From IMG/VR virus record IMGVR_UViG_3300029305_003340, positions 338 to 64,337 of that record: a DNA stretch of 64,000 bases; one strand, written 5' to 3'. This document shows positions 1 through 10,925 of this stretch, piece after piece. A program made the position numbers and the translations under genes. Under the pieces are notes generated by a model, which worked only from the letters and a program-made list of their open reading frames with translations, had not been told where the DNA came from and ran no database searches. This DNA comes from a virus. How positions within the stretch are numbered: the first letter of the stretch is position 1; every line of letters begins with the position of its first letter.

Positions 1-4
1 ATTA

Positions 5-1195
5 ATGGAATTAACTCGTAAACAAGAAGAGGGATTAAAAATTGCGGTTGCTCGCTATAAAGCACATGAACCCTGGACTTGTATAGCGGGGTATGCGGGA
101 ACCGGTAAGTCAACTTTGATTAAGTTTATAATTTCAGCATTAGGTGTCTCCAATGATGAAGTATGCTATATAGCTTTTACGGGAAAAGCAGCAAATGTTC
201 TTCGTCAAAAAGGCTGTCCTAATGCGAGAACCGCACATAAATTACTATATACATTCAGACCCTTGGCTTCTGGTAAATTTATTAAAAAACCAAGAGATGT
301 TAAAGATGATGGTTATAAAGTAATTGTAGTAGATGAAGTATCTATGCTCCCAAAAGAAATGTGGGATTTACTTATTTCTCACGGCATATATGTTCTTGCT
401 ACTGGTGATCCAGGCCAACTTCCCCCTGTAGAATCAAGCACTGATAATCATGTCTTAGATCATCCGCATATTTTCTTGGACGAGATTATGCGACAAGCTT
501 ATGATAGTGAAATTATTCGATTGTCTATGTGGATACGAGAAGGCAAGCCTTTGGCTATGTTCCCTCAAGAAAAGAAGCAAGTCCAAATTGTTTCTAAAAA
601 TGAAGTTGTAAGTGGAATGTATGAATGGGCTGATCAAATACTTTGTTCCAGTAACAACAAAAGAATTGAGATTAATAATACCGTAAGACAATTACGAGGA
701 TATGGTCCGACCCCACAAATAGGAGATAAAATAATTGGGCTTAAAAATTATTGGGATTTTTTATCTAATTATGGAAATTAGCCTTTAACTAATGGCACTA
801 TTGGCATATTGGATAATTTTCATGTAGGTAGTTTTCGCCTACCCAAATACATATCTGATGAAAATTTAAATATTATGTTTGCAGGAATGACAATCGAAGA
901 TGAAGAAGATAGATTCGATGGTTTACAAATTGATTATAAAGGATTAATAACTGGGAAACAGACCTTAACTTTTGACCAAGAAAATAAATTATCCAGATGT
1001 AGTTATATTAAAATTGACCCTCCCTTCCCTTTTGCTTATGCTTATGCCATTACTTGCCATAAAGCTCAAGGTAGTGAATGGGATAAAGTATTAGTATTTG
1101 AGGAATGGCATCCCAATACAGAAGAAGAACATAAACGCTGGCTGTATACAGCAGCAACTCGAGCAAAAGAAAAATTAGTTATTGTGAGGAAATAA
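5..1195 (+). CDS. RecD/Dda-like SF1B DNA helicase (one in-frame TAG=Gln at 779-781)
   Basis: Walker A GYAGTGKS, Walker B VVDEVSM, GDPGQLPPV; C-terminal YAITCHKAQGSEW and WLYTAATRA. ORFs 5-781 and 809-1195 share a frame and join as YGN*PLTNGTIG. Confidence 0.9.
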
Positions 1196-1198
1196 AAT

Positions 1199-1384
1199 AT
1201 GGATTTTGATATGAATATGACACTTGATGTAGAAGAAATTGAAGAGTTTGTTTCAGAAGTTCTTCCTGCTCTTCTACTTGAAAATACAACAAATTTTGGA
1301 ATAGCAGCTTTTTGCCTTTAGGCGGTTTTAGATGCTCTTGAAGAGGCAAAAAATGCTCCTGACGACGATGAATTTGACAATTAA
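1199..1384 (+). CDS. small acidic hypothetical protein, 61 aa (TAG at 1319-1321)
   Basis: ATG 1199 to TAA 1384, open when TAG is read through; fills the gap between helicase and dnaE. Confidence 0.6.
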
Positions 1385-1402
1385 TAAATAATATGGTATA
1401 AT
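1374..1402 (+). promoter_or_regulatory. consensus sigma-A/sigma-70 promoter with extended -10, upstream of dnaE
   Basis: TTGACA (1374-1379), 17-bp spacer, TGgTATAAT (-10 at 1397-1402). Confidence 0.85.
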
Positions 1403-1436
1403 ATTAATATAAAATATTATGAATAGGAGTTTGTGA

Positions 1437-4400
1437 ATGAATACATATTTCAACACCCATTCGCATACAATGTATTCAAACATTCGCTTACTCGATTGTA
1501 TCAATCGTCCAAAAGATTTAATTGATAAAGCGATTGAGTTAGGCATGAGTGGTATCGCAATAACGGACCATGAGTGCCTTTCCGCACATATGGAAGTCAA
1601 TCAGTATGCGAAAAAGTTAAGAGAAAAAAATCCAGATTTTGTTGTTGCGTTAGGTAATGAGATTTATTTAACTAAAACAAGAGATAGCGGTCAAAAGTAT
1701 TATCACTTTATTTTAATCGCTAAAGATGAAATTGGACATAAAGCATTAAGAGAATTAAGCACAATAGCTTGGTATGGAGCTTATACTGATAGAAATATGG
1801 AACGAGTTCCAACTTTAAAAAGCGAATTGGAGCAAATTGTTCTAAAATATCCAGGTCATTTGATAGCAACTACAGCCTGCATTGGCGGAGAGCTTGGAAC
1901 TCTTTTGTTGAATCTCAATGATTGTGAAAGAGTAGAAGATTATAAAACCGCAAATACATATCATACAGCAATAAATAAATTTTTACTTGAATGTAAGGCA
2001 TGGTTTGGGGATGATTTCTATCTTGAATGTGCTCCATCAAATAAAAGTGATCAAATTATTGTTAATAAAAAGATAAAAGAGTTATCTGAACGCTATGATA
2101 TAAATGTTGTTGTAGGGACTGATGCTCATTATCTAACAGAAAAAGATAGAATGGTTCATAAAGCTTATCTTAATTCAAAAGATGGTGAACGTGAAGTCGA
2201 TGATTTCTATGAATTTTCTCGTTTAATGAGCCCCGATGAATGTAGAGATTTATTAAATTTATCTTTTGAGGATAGTTTTATTGATCAAATTTATTTTAAT
2301 TCGCTTGAACTAATGAATAAAATTAGTTTTTATTCATTGGAAAGAAAACAAATCATTCCAAAAGTAAAAGTTCCAAATCATATCCCAAGCGATGTTTACA
2401 ATTTAATACCAGAACAAATTTTAGATCAATGGGGAGCTAAATGGCAAACTCTTGATTATATTATGTGTGTTGGAAACGCGCAAGAACAATATTGGTTATA
2501 TGAATGTGTAAAAAGTATGCAAGATAAAAATCTTTTAGATAAAGAAGATTATTGGGATAGATTGGAAATTGAAGCTGATATTATTAAATATATTGGAGAA
2601 CAATTAGATGACTGTCTATTCGCCTACTTCAACACATTCAAACACTATATCGACCTTTTCTGGGAGTGTGGATCAATTGTTGGGCCAGGTCGAGGTTCTG
2701 CCACTGGATTCCTCTCCAATTATCTCTTAGGTATTACACAGCTTGACCCAATTAGATGGAATCTGCCATATTGGCGATTCCTTAACAAAGAGCGTGCAGA
2801 GCTCCCTGATATCGATATTGACCTGGCCCCAAGTAAGCGACCCGCAATATTTAAAGCAATCCGTGAAGAACGCGGAGAGCTCGGCTTAGTCCAGGTATCA
2901 ACCTTCGGCACCGAAGGAACGAAATCCGCAATACTGACTGCATGTAGAGGATATCGAAGCGAAGAATGTCCAGAAGGAATTGATGTAGATATTGCACAGT
3001 ATATGTCTTCATTGATTCCGCAAGAGCGTGGATTTTTATGGTCTATTGAAGATGTTATTTATGGTAATGAAGAGAAAGACCGTAAGCCCGTTCATGCCTT
3101 TGTCAAAGAAGTAAATAATTATCCTGGGCTTTTGGATATTATTGTTTCTATTTGTGGACTTGTTAATAAGCGTGGTATTCACGCATCAGGTGTTATTCTA
3201 TATGGCGAAGACCCATTTGAAACTGCCTCCTTTATGAGAGCACCGAATGGAGACTTAATCACTTGCTATGACCTTCATCACGCAGAAGCAGCCGGTGATA
3301 CTAAATATGATTTTCTGGTAACAGAAGTTTCAGATAAAATTATTAAATGTTTTGAATTCCTCGTTGAGGATAATCAAATAGAAGATGAAGGACTCCGAAA
3401 TATTTATAATAAATATCTCCATCCAGAAGTAATAGATACAACAGATATTCAAATCTGGAATCATTTATCTGCGGGCGATGTGCTCGACGTATTCCAGTTC
3501 AATGGCGGCGTTGGTTTAGCTATCGCGAAAAAGCTTAAACCGCAAAACCCTCTTGAAATGACTGCGGCAAACGCAATGATGCGTCTTATGAGTGAAAAAG
3601 GGGTTGAATCGCAACAAGATAGATACCTTCGATTCCAAACTCAAGGTATTGATGCTTTTGATAGAGAAATGAAAAAGCATCGGCTACCTGAAGATATGAT
3701 TGAAAAGATGCATAAGCATTGTGATAAATATTATGGATGTTGTCCTATTCAAGAGCAAATGATGGAATTGCTTATGGATGTGGCGGGATTCACGCTCGGT
3801 GAAGCTAATAATGCTCGTAAAATAGTAGCAAAAAAGCAAATGGCAAAAATTCCAGAATTAAAATCTCAAGTCTATGATAGATTTGATAGCGTATTAAACG
3901 CAGATTATTTCTGGGCTAATGCGATAGCTCCTCAGCTTGGATACGCATTTAGTTTGAACCATTCGCTTCCATATAGCTTCGTCGGCATCCAAACATTATT
4001 CCTCGCAATTCATTTTAATCCAGTCTATTGGAACACTTCTTGCCTCGTTGTAAATAGCGGTGCGACCGATGAAGAGAATGGTGGTAGCACTGATTATGGT
4101 AAGATAGCAAAGGCAATCGGAGATATTCGAGCAGCTGGCATTGATGTAAGTTTAGCAAATATAAATCACTCTGCTTTTGGGTTCGCTCCCGATGCAAAGA
4201 ACAATAGAATTCTTTTTGGATTAAAAGGACTTCTTAATGTTGGCGATGAACTCGTTTTAGATATAATTGAAAAGCGTCCTTATATTTCTCCCAGAGACTT
4301 TTTAAATAGAGTTAAACCTTCAAAACAAGCCATGATTTCATTAATCAAGAGCGGAGCTTTTGACGAAATGATGGAAAGAAAAAAAGTTATGGCTTGGTAT

Positions 4401-5312
4401 TTATGGGAAACTTGTGATAAAAAGAAGAGACTTACTCTTCAAAATATGGGCGGTTTAATTAAATATAATCTTCTTCCAGAAGAAACTGAAGAGCAGATTA
4501 TGGCGAGAAGAGTATATGAATTTAATCGTTATTTAAAGGCCGTATGTAAATATAATGCAACTGATTATAGATTAGATGAAAGAGCAATTAATTTCTTAAC
4601 TGAATTAGGAGCAGATGAATTAATTCAGTCAGAATATAATAATTTTTATCTTAAAGTAAAAACTTGGGATAAAGTTTATCAGAAATGGATGGATGTATTC
4701 CGTGCATGGATTGCTGAAAATAAAGACACCATTTTACAAGAATTAAATGAAAGAATTTTCCTTGATGATTGGAATAAATATGCTAAAGGCAATATTTCCT
4801 CTTGGGAGATGGAAGTTCTTTGTTTCTATTATCACGAGCATGAATTGGCAAATGTAAACAATAATAAGTATGGATTTGTAAATTTCTTTGAATTAAGCGA
4901 AGAGCCAGAAGTGGATAGAAGTTTTACAAGGGGCGGAAAAGAAGTTCATTTGTATAAACTTTATAAAATTTGCGGGACTTGTATTGCAAAGAATAAAACA
5001 AAATCAACTGTTACTCTTCTCACTCCTAATGGAGTTGTTGAAGTCAAATTTAGAAAAGAATATTTTACTTTATTTGATAAACAAATTTCTGAGAGAGGGG
5101 CCGATGGGGTTAAGCATGTAGTGGAGAAATCCTGGTTTAACCGTGGCAGCATGATTGTCGTTATGGGCATCCGCAATGGAGATAATTTTGTTTCTAAGAA
5201 ATACAACTCTGTTGGCGGACATCAGCTTTATAAAATTGATAGCATTGATAAGAATGGCGACTTAATTTTGAGAAATACAAGATATAAAGGTGAGATTGAA
5301 GAAGATGTATAA
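1437..5312 (+). CDS. dnaE: DNA polymerase III alpha subunit (DnaE family C), TAG-free
   Basis: PHP domain HSHTMYS/AITDH, GPGRGSA, catalytic PDIDIDL, RGIHASGV, KYDFL, C-terminal OB-like region. Confidence 0.95.
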   Translation: MNTYFNTHSHTMYSNIRLLDCINRPKDLIDKAIELGMSGIAITDHECLSAHMEVNQYAKKLREKNPDFVVALGNEIYLTKTRDSGQKYYHFILIAKDEIGHKALRELSTIAWYGAYTDRNMERVPTLKSELEQIVLKYPGHLIATTACIGGELGTLLLNLNDCERVEDYKTANTYHTAINKFLLECKAWFGDDFYLECAPSNKSDQIIVNKKIKELSERYDINVVVGTDAHYLTEKDRMVHKAYLNSKDGEREVDDFYEFSRLMSPDECRDLLNLSFEDSFIDQIYFNSLELMNKISFYSLERKQIIPKVKVPNHIPSDVYNLIPEQILDQWGAKWQTLDYIMCVGNAQEQYWLYECVKSMQDKNLLDKEDYWDRLEIEADIIKYIGEQLDDCLFAYFNTFKHYIDLFWECGSIVGPGRGSATGFLSNYLLGITQLDPIRWNLPYWRFLNKERAELPDIDIDLAPSKRPAIFKAIREERGELGLVQVSTFGTEGTKSAILTACRGYRSEECPEGIDVDIAQYMSSLIPQERGFLWSIEDVIYGNEEKDRKPVHAFVKEVNNYPGLLDIIVSICGLVNKRGIHASGVILYGEDPFETASFMRAPNGDLITCYDLHHAEAAGDTKYDFLVTEVSDKIIKCFEFLVEDNQIEDEGLRNIYNKYLHPEVIDTTDIQIWNHLSAGDVLDVFQFNGGVGLAIAKKLKPQNPLEMTAANAMMRLMSEKGVESQQDRYLRFQTQGIDAFDREMKKHRLPEDMIEKMHKHCDKYYGCCPIQEQMMELLMDVAGFTLGEANNARKIVAKKQMAKIPELKSQVYDRFDSVLNADYFWANAIAPQLGYAFSLNHSLPYSFVGIQTLFLAIHFNPVYWNTSCLVVNSGATDEENGGSTDYGKIAKAIGDIRAAGIDVSLANINHSAFGFAPDAKNNRILFGLKGLLNVGDELVLDIIEKRPYISPRDFLNRVKPSKQAMISLIKSGAFDEMMERKKVMAWYLWETCDKKKRLTLQNMGGLIKYNLLPEETEEQIMARRVYEFNRYLKAVCKYNATDYRLDERAINFLTELGADELIQSEYNNFYLKVKTWDKVYQKWMDVFRAWIAENKDTILQELNERIFLDDWNKYAKGNISSWEMEVLCFYYHEHELANVNNNKYGFVNFFELSEEPEVDRSFTRGGKEVHLYKLYKICGTCIAKNKTKSTVTLLTPNGVVEVKFRKEYFTLFDKQISERGADGVKHVVEKSWFNRGSMIVVMGIRNGDNFVSKKYNSVGGHQLYKIDSIDKNGDLILRNTRYKGEIEEDV

Positions 5313-5892
5313 AATCGTTGCTTTTATGGGTAAGGCAGGTGCAGGAAAAGATACTCTTTTGCAAGAGTGTCTCGCACTTGAGCCAGGAAGTTTTCACGAG
5401 ATAGTAAGTTGCACCACCCGCCCTCCAAGAGAAGGAGAAGTTGATGGCGTCAATTATCACTTTCTAACTTCTGAGGAATTTGCGGAACGCCTTGAGGACG
5501 GTCGCATGATCGAGGCGACCGTATTCAGGGACTGGTGCTATGGAACTTCTTTTGAAAACTTAGATGAAGATAAAATAAATATTGGAGTATTTAATCCTGC
5601 GGGAATAGATATTTTAAATTGTATTCCTGATGTTGCGGTATTGGCTATTTATATTACCGCAGAAGATAAAATCAGAATGTTAAGACAGCTTAATAGAGAG
5701 GAACATCCAGATGTTAAAGAAATTGTCAGACGCTACTTTGCGGATGAAGACGACTTTAATGGCGTCGAATCCCTTGTTGGTCCAGAGCTGGTGTCAAATA
5801 ATGGGGATGTTGGCATTGGTGCTGTGGCTACTGCTATTTTAAATGCAATTAAAAAATATAAGTGGCCGGAGCCTTTGGGCGACTTAAATTAA
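5305..5892 (+). CDS. gmk: guanylate kinase
   Basis: P-loop GKAGAGKD, SCTTRPPREGEVDGVNYHF, YGT; likely ATG at 5305 overlapping the dnaE end. Confidence 0.9.
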   Translation: MYKIVAFMGKAGAGKDTLLQECLALEPGSFHEIVSCTTRPPREGEVDGVNYHFLTSEEFAERLEDGRMIEATVFRDWCYGTSFENLDEDKINIGVFNPAGIDILNCIPDVAVLAIYITAEDKIRMLRQLNREEHPDVKEIVRRYFADEDDFNGVESLVGPELVSNNGDVGIGAVATAILNAIKKYKWPEPLGDLN

Positions 5893-5912
5893 TAAATTAA
5901 TTACAAAAACTA
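5877..5912 (+). promoter_or_regulatory. copy of recurrent GGNCRA-N7-TAAT motif upstream of nrdD
   Basis: GGGCGA-cttaaat-TAAT, with TA at +29/+30 after the hexamer as in the other copies. Confidence 0.5.
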
Positions 5913-5955
5913 AATATAGTGGAGAATCACCCTTTTTTCTCACTATATTTAGTTG
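5907..5955 (+). promoter_or_regulatory. tandem NrdR-box-like operators upstream of nrdD
   Basis: aaaCTAAATATAGtgg (5907-5922) and tcaCTATATTTAGttg (5940-5955) resemble the NrdR consensus acaCwAtATaTwGtgt; 33 bp apart; the second abuts the RBS. Confidence 0.7.
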
Positions 5956-5967
5956 GAGGAATATAAA

Positions 5968-8283
5968 ATGAATGTTATAAAACGAGATGGAACAATAGTT
6001 CCTTTTGATAAAGAAAAAATAATTAAAGCTATTAATAAAGCTTTTCTTGATGTTGACGGACAGTTATATGAAACCGATACCGCACAAGATATTGCTGACG
6101 ATATCGAATATTTATTAGAATATAGTAATAAAAATATTACTCTTCCATTAACTGCTGAAAAATTTGAAAAAGCAAATCAAATTGAAGTAGAACATATTCA
6201 AGACCTCGTAGAAGATTATCTGATGCGTTCTGAACGCCGCGATGTGGCTCGTGCTTATATTAGATATAGATATAAGAGAGAAGTAGCCAGAGAAAAGCGT
6301 GATGAATTTATTGGGGCTATTGGGGAAAAATTATCTGCTTCAAATGTTTAGAATCAAAACGCAAATGTAGATGAAGAGTCTTTTGGTGGTCGTGCCGGTG
6401 AAGCTCAAAGTCTTTTAACTAAGACTTATGCTCTTGATTATTTAGTTTCTGATATGGCTCGTAAGAACCATCTTGAGAATTATGTTTATATCCATGACCT
6501 TGATGCTTATGCAGTCGGCAGTCATAACTGCTTATCAATTCCATTCGACCATCTTCTTGCTAATGGTTTTAATACTCGCCAAACAGATGTGCGTCCCGCA
6601 GGGTCTGTAAATACTGCATTCCAGCTTGTTGCTGTTATATTTTAGCTTCAAAGTCTTCAGCAGTTTGGTGGGGTAAGTGCTACTCATTTGGACTGGACTA
6701 TGGTGCCATATGTGCGGAAGAGCTTCCGCAAGCACTGGAATGATGGTGTAAAATATATTGGAAAACCTTCTGGCAGATTCCCTAAGTTTTGGGAAAACAT
6801 AAAAGAAGATTTGCCAATTAATGAATATCCAGATTATGATGATTGTGCTGACACTTATTATTATGCTTTAGAGATGACCGAAAAAGAAGTCCATCAAGCT
6901 GTCGAAGGAATGTATCACAATCTAAATACTCTTCAAAGCCGCTCCGGCAATTAGCTTCCATTTACTTCTGTCAATTATGGCACTTGTACTTTACCAGAAG
7001 GTAGAATGGTTACTAAAGCTCTTTTGGAAGTATCTCTTGAAGGGTTAGGAAAACTTCATAAAACTTCTATTTTCCCTTGCGGAATTTTCCAATGCATGAA
7101 GGGTGTTAATCGCGAACCAGGAGATCCAAATTATGACTTATATAGACTGGCTTTAAAATCAACTGCAACCCGTCTCTATCCTAATTATGCTAATGTTGAT
7201 TGGTCTGGCAATGCAGGATATGACCGCAATGACCCAGCTACATATTTTTCTACAATGGGTTGTCGCACTGCAAACGGTTGGGATATTAATGGATTAGGTC
7301 AGCAAAAAGATGGTAGAGGAAATATTTGCCCAGTAACTATTATTCTTCCCACCTTGGCAATGGTGGCAAAAGAAGCTTATCATCGTTCTTATGAGCGACC
7401 AGAAGATTTCCCAAAAGATATTGCGGATAGTTCCGCTGTTGGTTCTCGTTCAGAAGTAGATGTTTTTATCCGTTTATTAGATAAAAAAATCCACGAAGCA
7501 AAAGATATGCTCCTTGAGCGTTTTGAGTGGATTTGTTCTCAATCTCCCGCTTCAGCTCGCTTTATGTATGAAAATGGATTAATGGCTGGCTATATTCCAG
7601 AAGAAGGAATTAGAAGTGCTCTTAAACATGGTACTATTGTCATTGGCCAGCTTGGACTTGCGGAAGCCCTTCAAATTCTTATTGGTTGCGACCATACGAC
7701 CGCAGAAGGCATGAGACTCGCAAAGAGAATTGAACAACTATTTAAAGATAGATGTGCAGAGTTTAAAGAACAATATAAATTAAATTTTGGTGTTTATTAT
7801 ACTCCCGCTGAGAATCTTTGTTACACCGCTTTAAAGAAGTTTAGAGAAAAATATGGTGTCATTGAAAATGTAAGTGATAAAGAATTCTTCACCAATTCAA
7901 TGCATGCCCCAGTATGGAAGAAAATGAGTCCATTCCAAAAAATTGATATTGAAAGTCAATTAACTGGTTATAGCTCTGCGGGATGTATTACCTATGTCGA
8001 ACTCGATACGGGAATTAAAAATAATCTTGACGCTTTAGAGCAAATTGTTAATTATGCAATGGATAAAGATATTCCTTATTTTGCGGTCAATGTGCCTAAT
8101 GATACTTGTTTAGAATGTGGATTTTGTGATGAGTTTAATAATGAATGCCCAATGTGCGGAAGCGATCATATCCAACAATTACGTCGTGTAACTGGGTATT
8201 TGACCGGTAACTATACAACTGCCTTTAATTTAGGTAAACAAGATGAAGTCCATCATAGGGTAAAACATACTGAGGATTTATAA
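5968..8283 (+). CDS. nrdD: anaerobic (class III) ribonucleoside-triphosphate reductase with N-terminal ATP cone; TAGs at 6349, 6643, 6952
   Basis: ATP cone VIKRDG, YIHDLD, MGCRT, YYTPAENLC, CxxC-CxxC, glycyl radical loop RRVTGYL. Four same-frame ORFs join at NV*NQNAN, AVIF*LQS, SGN*LPFTS. Confidence 0.95.
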
Positions 8284-8768
8284 TGAAATACGCAGGAATA
8301 ATTTATAATGATTTTTCTGCGGCACCTGGAGTAAGTTTAACTTTCTTTACTTAGGGATGCCCCCATCATTGTCCCGGGTGTCATAATCCAGAAACCTGGG
8401 ATTTTGATGGAGGGAAAACGGTCCCCGCAGACATTATTGAAAAAATTTATAATGGTTTAACCGATAGAGGAATTAAAAGAACTTTCTGTATTATGGGCGG
8501 AGAACCTTTATGTCCAGATAATATATTTTTAACTAATCTATTGGTTACTGAAATCAAAAATAGATTACCTGACCAAAAAATTTATATATGGACAGGATAT
8601 TTATATGAAGATTTATTAACTGACTCTAATCCTAAAATGAAACACATCCTTGGGACTATTGATTGCTTGATTGATGGCCCTTATATTGAGGAATTAAGAG
8701 ATATTACTCTTCCAATGAGAGGTAGCTCCAATCAAAGAGTAATCGAGTTAAAGGAGAAAAAAATATGA
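8283..8768 (+). CDS. nrdG: anaerobic RNR activating enzyme (radical SAM); TAG at 8352-8354
   Basis: FFT*GCPHHCPGCHNPETW (CxxxCxxC), MGGEPL, IWTGY, DGPYI, RGSSNQR. Confidence 0.93.
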
Positions 8769-9310
8769 AAATAATTGAAGAACATAAACTTTATGATTTA
8801 TCTGCGATAGAGGGAGATTTAGTTTATACTTCTGATACAAGAAGATTTTATATCTATACTGTCCCAAATGGGTGGGAGCTCTTTTCCGCAGATAGACTTA
8901 ATGAAATACAAGAAGATATAAAAGATACTACTGCACAGTTAAGCACTTTAAGTCTTTACGATTTAAATAAGCAGCTTATTGCTCAACTGCCCGATCTTAC
9001 TGACCAGGAGATAGAAGAAAAAAGAGCTATTCTTAAAGAATTTAAAGAAGTCCAAAAAGCTCAATTTTATATGCTTTTAAATAATGAGATTAGATATTAT
9101 ACGCTTTTTGAAATTAATACTTTTGAAGTTTTCTTAAACACTTATCCTTTTGAACAAGAAGTAATTAATTGCCTGTTAAGTCTTGGCTCTATTAAAGCTA
9201 TTGATTTAAATAGTGATGGAGTAATTGAAGCTTGGATAGATAATACTGATGCGGGCATTATTGTATTATATCTTTTCCCATATGACGAGGGGGTAATTAC
9301 TTGTCTGTAA
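8765..9310 (+). CDS. hypothetical protein
   Basis: Open 181-aa ORF with AAGGAG RBS, translationally coupled to nrdG. Confidence 0.7.
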   Translation: MKIIEEHKLYDLSAIEGDLVYTSDTRRFYIYTVPNGWELFSADRLNEIQEDIKDTTAQLSTLSLYDLNKQLIAQLPDLTDQEIEEKRAILKEFKEVQKAQFYMLLNNEIRYYTLFEINTFEVFLNTYPFEQEVINCLLSLGSIKAIDLNSDGVIEAWIDNTDAGIIVLYLFPYDEGVITCL

Positions 9311-9561
9311 TTGTTTGTGATATTAATTTAGGTGTTTTAAATCAAACCATTAGTCATGTAGGCGATGGTTTTAGCAAAATTGTTGCTACTGCCCCAATTG
9401 ATTTATTAGGAGAAGTTTTTCCTGCTTTATGTTATAATTTAAATACTTATGATATAAAGATAAAGGGAAACAAAGAATATCTTTCTGATTTAATTGGTGC
9501 AATAAAAGAAAATGAAATGTATACTTACAGTGCAAATAAAATTAATATAGAGGTAATTTAA
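9301..9561 (+). CDS. hypothetical protein
   Basis: 86-aa ORF, TTG start after GAGGGG, tightly packed in the operon. Confidence 0.6.
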   Translation: MSVIVCDINLGVLNQTISHVGDGFSKIVATAPIDLLGEVFPALCYNLNTYDIKIKGNKEYLSDLIGAIKENEMYTYSANKINIEVI

Positions 9562-9803
9562 TGAAATATTTAATTAATTCCGTTGATACTTATAGAGTAG
9601 ATACTGTCGCAGAAGTTGAACAACTTCATGAAGTCCTTAAAAATGATACTACTTTTGAGCTTGTATCTTTTAGTTATAAGACTAAACAGATTAAATCAAA
9701 AGGCGAAGTAATTGATGAATACCAGCTTGTTCAGGCTAAGAAGGTATTTACCAATGAAAAAGAACCAACAGAGCAAGTAGAAATTTTTTATGAGGTAGAC
9801 TAA
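9561..9803 (+). CDS. hypothetical protein
   Basis: 80-aa ORF with GAGGT RBS and TAATG overlap. Confidence 0.7.
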   Translation: MKYLINSVDTYRVDTVAEVEQLHEVLKNDTTFELVSFSYKTKQIKSKGEVIDEYQLVQAKKVFTNEKEPTEQVEIFYEVD

Positions 9804-9804
9804 T

Positions 9805-10374
9805 ATGGCAAAATTTGAAGTTGTAAGTAGATTTGCGGGAGAGGAAGATCTCCTGCTCCCGACTCGCGGAACGGCGAATTCCGCAGGCTATGATTTTATA
9901 GTCGCAGAAGATGTACTTATTCCATCTTGGGGCCAACTCTATAGTAAGCTTATGAATGAATGTATAGACGTAAGCGTTCCTCGCACACTCTCCGGAGTAG
10001 CTTCTGCCACTAAGCTTTGTGGGGCAAAGCCTACACTTGTTTCTTCTGGCGTAAAATGTAAGCTTGAACCTGATACATATCTTGAACTTTCAGTTCGTAG
10101 CTCTACTCCTCTTAAACACTGGCTTATTCTTGCCAATAGCGTAGGAGTAATTGATGCTGACTATTATAATAATCCTGATAACGAAGGAGAAATTTTCTTC
10201 CAAATGATTAATCTTTCTCCATTCCCAATCCAACTCCAAAAAGGAGACCGCATCGGTCAAGGAATCATTAAACCATTCCTTATCACCGAAGATGACGCGG
10301 CAAGTGGGGCCCGCATGGGTGGATTTGGTTCTACTGGAACCGCATACACTATTCCCACTTCTTCAACCTGCTAA
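9805..10374 (+). CDS. dut: trimeric dUTPase
   Basis: SAGYDF, RSS, GVIDADY, GDRIGQG, RMGGFGSTG motifs. Confidence 0.93.
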   Translation: MAKFEVVSRFAGEEDLLLPTRGTANSAGYDFIVAEDVLIPSWGQLYSKLMNECIDVSVPRTLSGVASATKLCGAKPTLVSSGVKCKLEPDTYLELSVRSSTPLKHWLILANSVGVIDADYYNNPDNEGEIFFQMINLSPFPIQLQKGDRIGQGIIKPFLITEDDAASGARMGGFGSTGTAYTIPTSSTC

Positions 10375-10853
10375 TGAAAATTTTAGCCCTAGACCAATCA
10401 TCAAGAGTATCAGGATATGCAATCTTTGATAACGGCAATTTAATTGATAGTGGAAAATTTACAGTTGATGATACAAATATGGGTATAAGATTATTTAAAA
10501 TTAAAAGAACAGTAGAAAAATTAATAGATGATAATAATATAGAACTTGTCGCTTTTGAAGATATACAATTGCAAGATAATAAAGGCCCAAATAATGTAGT
10601 AACTTATAAAAAGTTAGCTGAAGTATTTGGCGTATTAGAAGAATTATGCACTGAAAAGAAAATTCCTTATAAGATAATTCATTCTCAAACTTGGAAATCG
10701 GAACTTAATATTAAGGGATATGAACGCACCCAATAGAAGAAGAGTGCACAAGAATATATATTTAATACTTATGGGAAGAAAGTTTCCCAAGACGAGAGCG
10801 ATGCCATTTGTATCGGCATTTGTGCGTCTCGCGAAGAAGAGTCGGCTTTTTAA
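10374..10853 (+). CDS. RuvC-like Holliday junction resolvase; TAG at 10734-10736
   Basis: ILALDQSS..SGYA, VAFED, and after read-through *KKSAQ...QDESDAICIG (final acidic catalytic motif); TAA at 10851-10853. Confidence 0.8.
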
Positions 10854-10860
10854 TAACAAA

Positions 10861-10896
10861 GGCCGACTTTTTATAATTTCCCCATTCTATTTCTTA
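10861..10896 (+). promoter_or_regulatory. copy of recurrent GGNCRA-N7-TAAT motif
   Basis: GGCCGA-cttttta-TAAT in the intergenic gap before the holin-like gene. Confidence 0.5.
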
Positions 10897-10925
10897 ATTC
10901 CAATAGAAAGGTATTAGAAAGGGGT

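Noticed and set aside
6349-7005. Gaps between nrdD ORFs as introns or inteins
   Set aside because: The gaps translate into ordinary NrdD sequence in the same frame; no insertion is evident.
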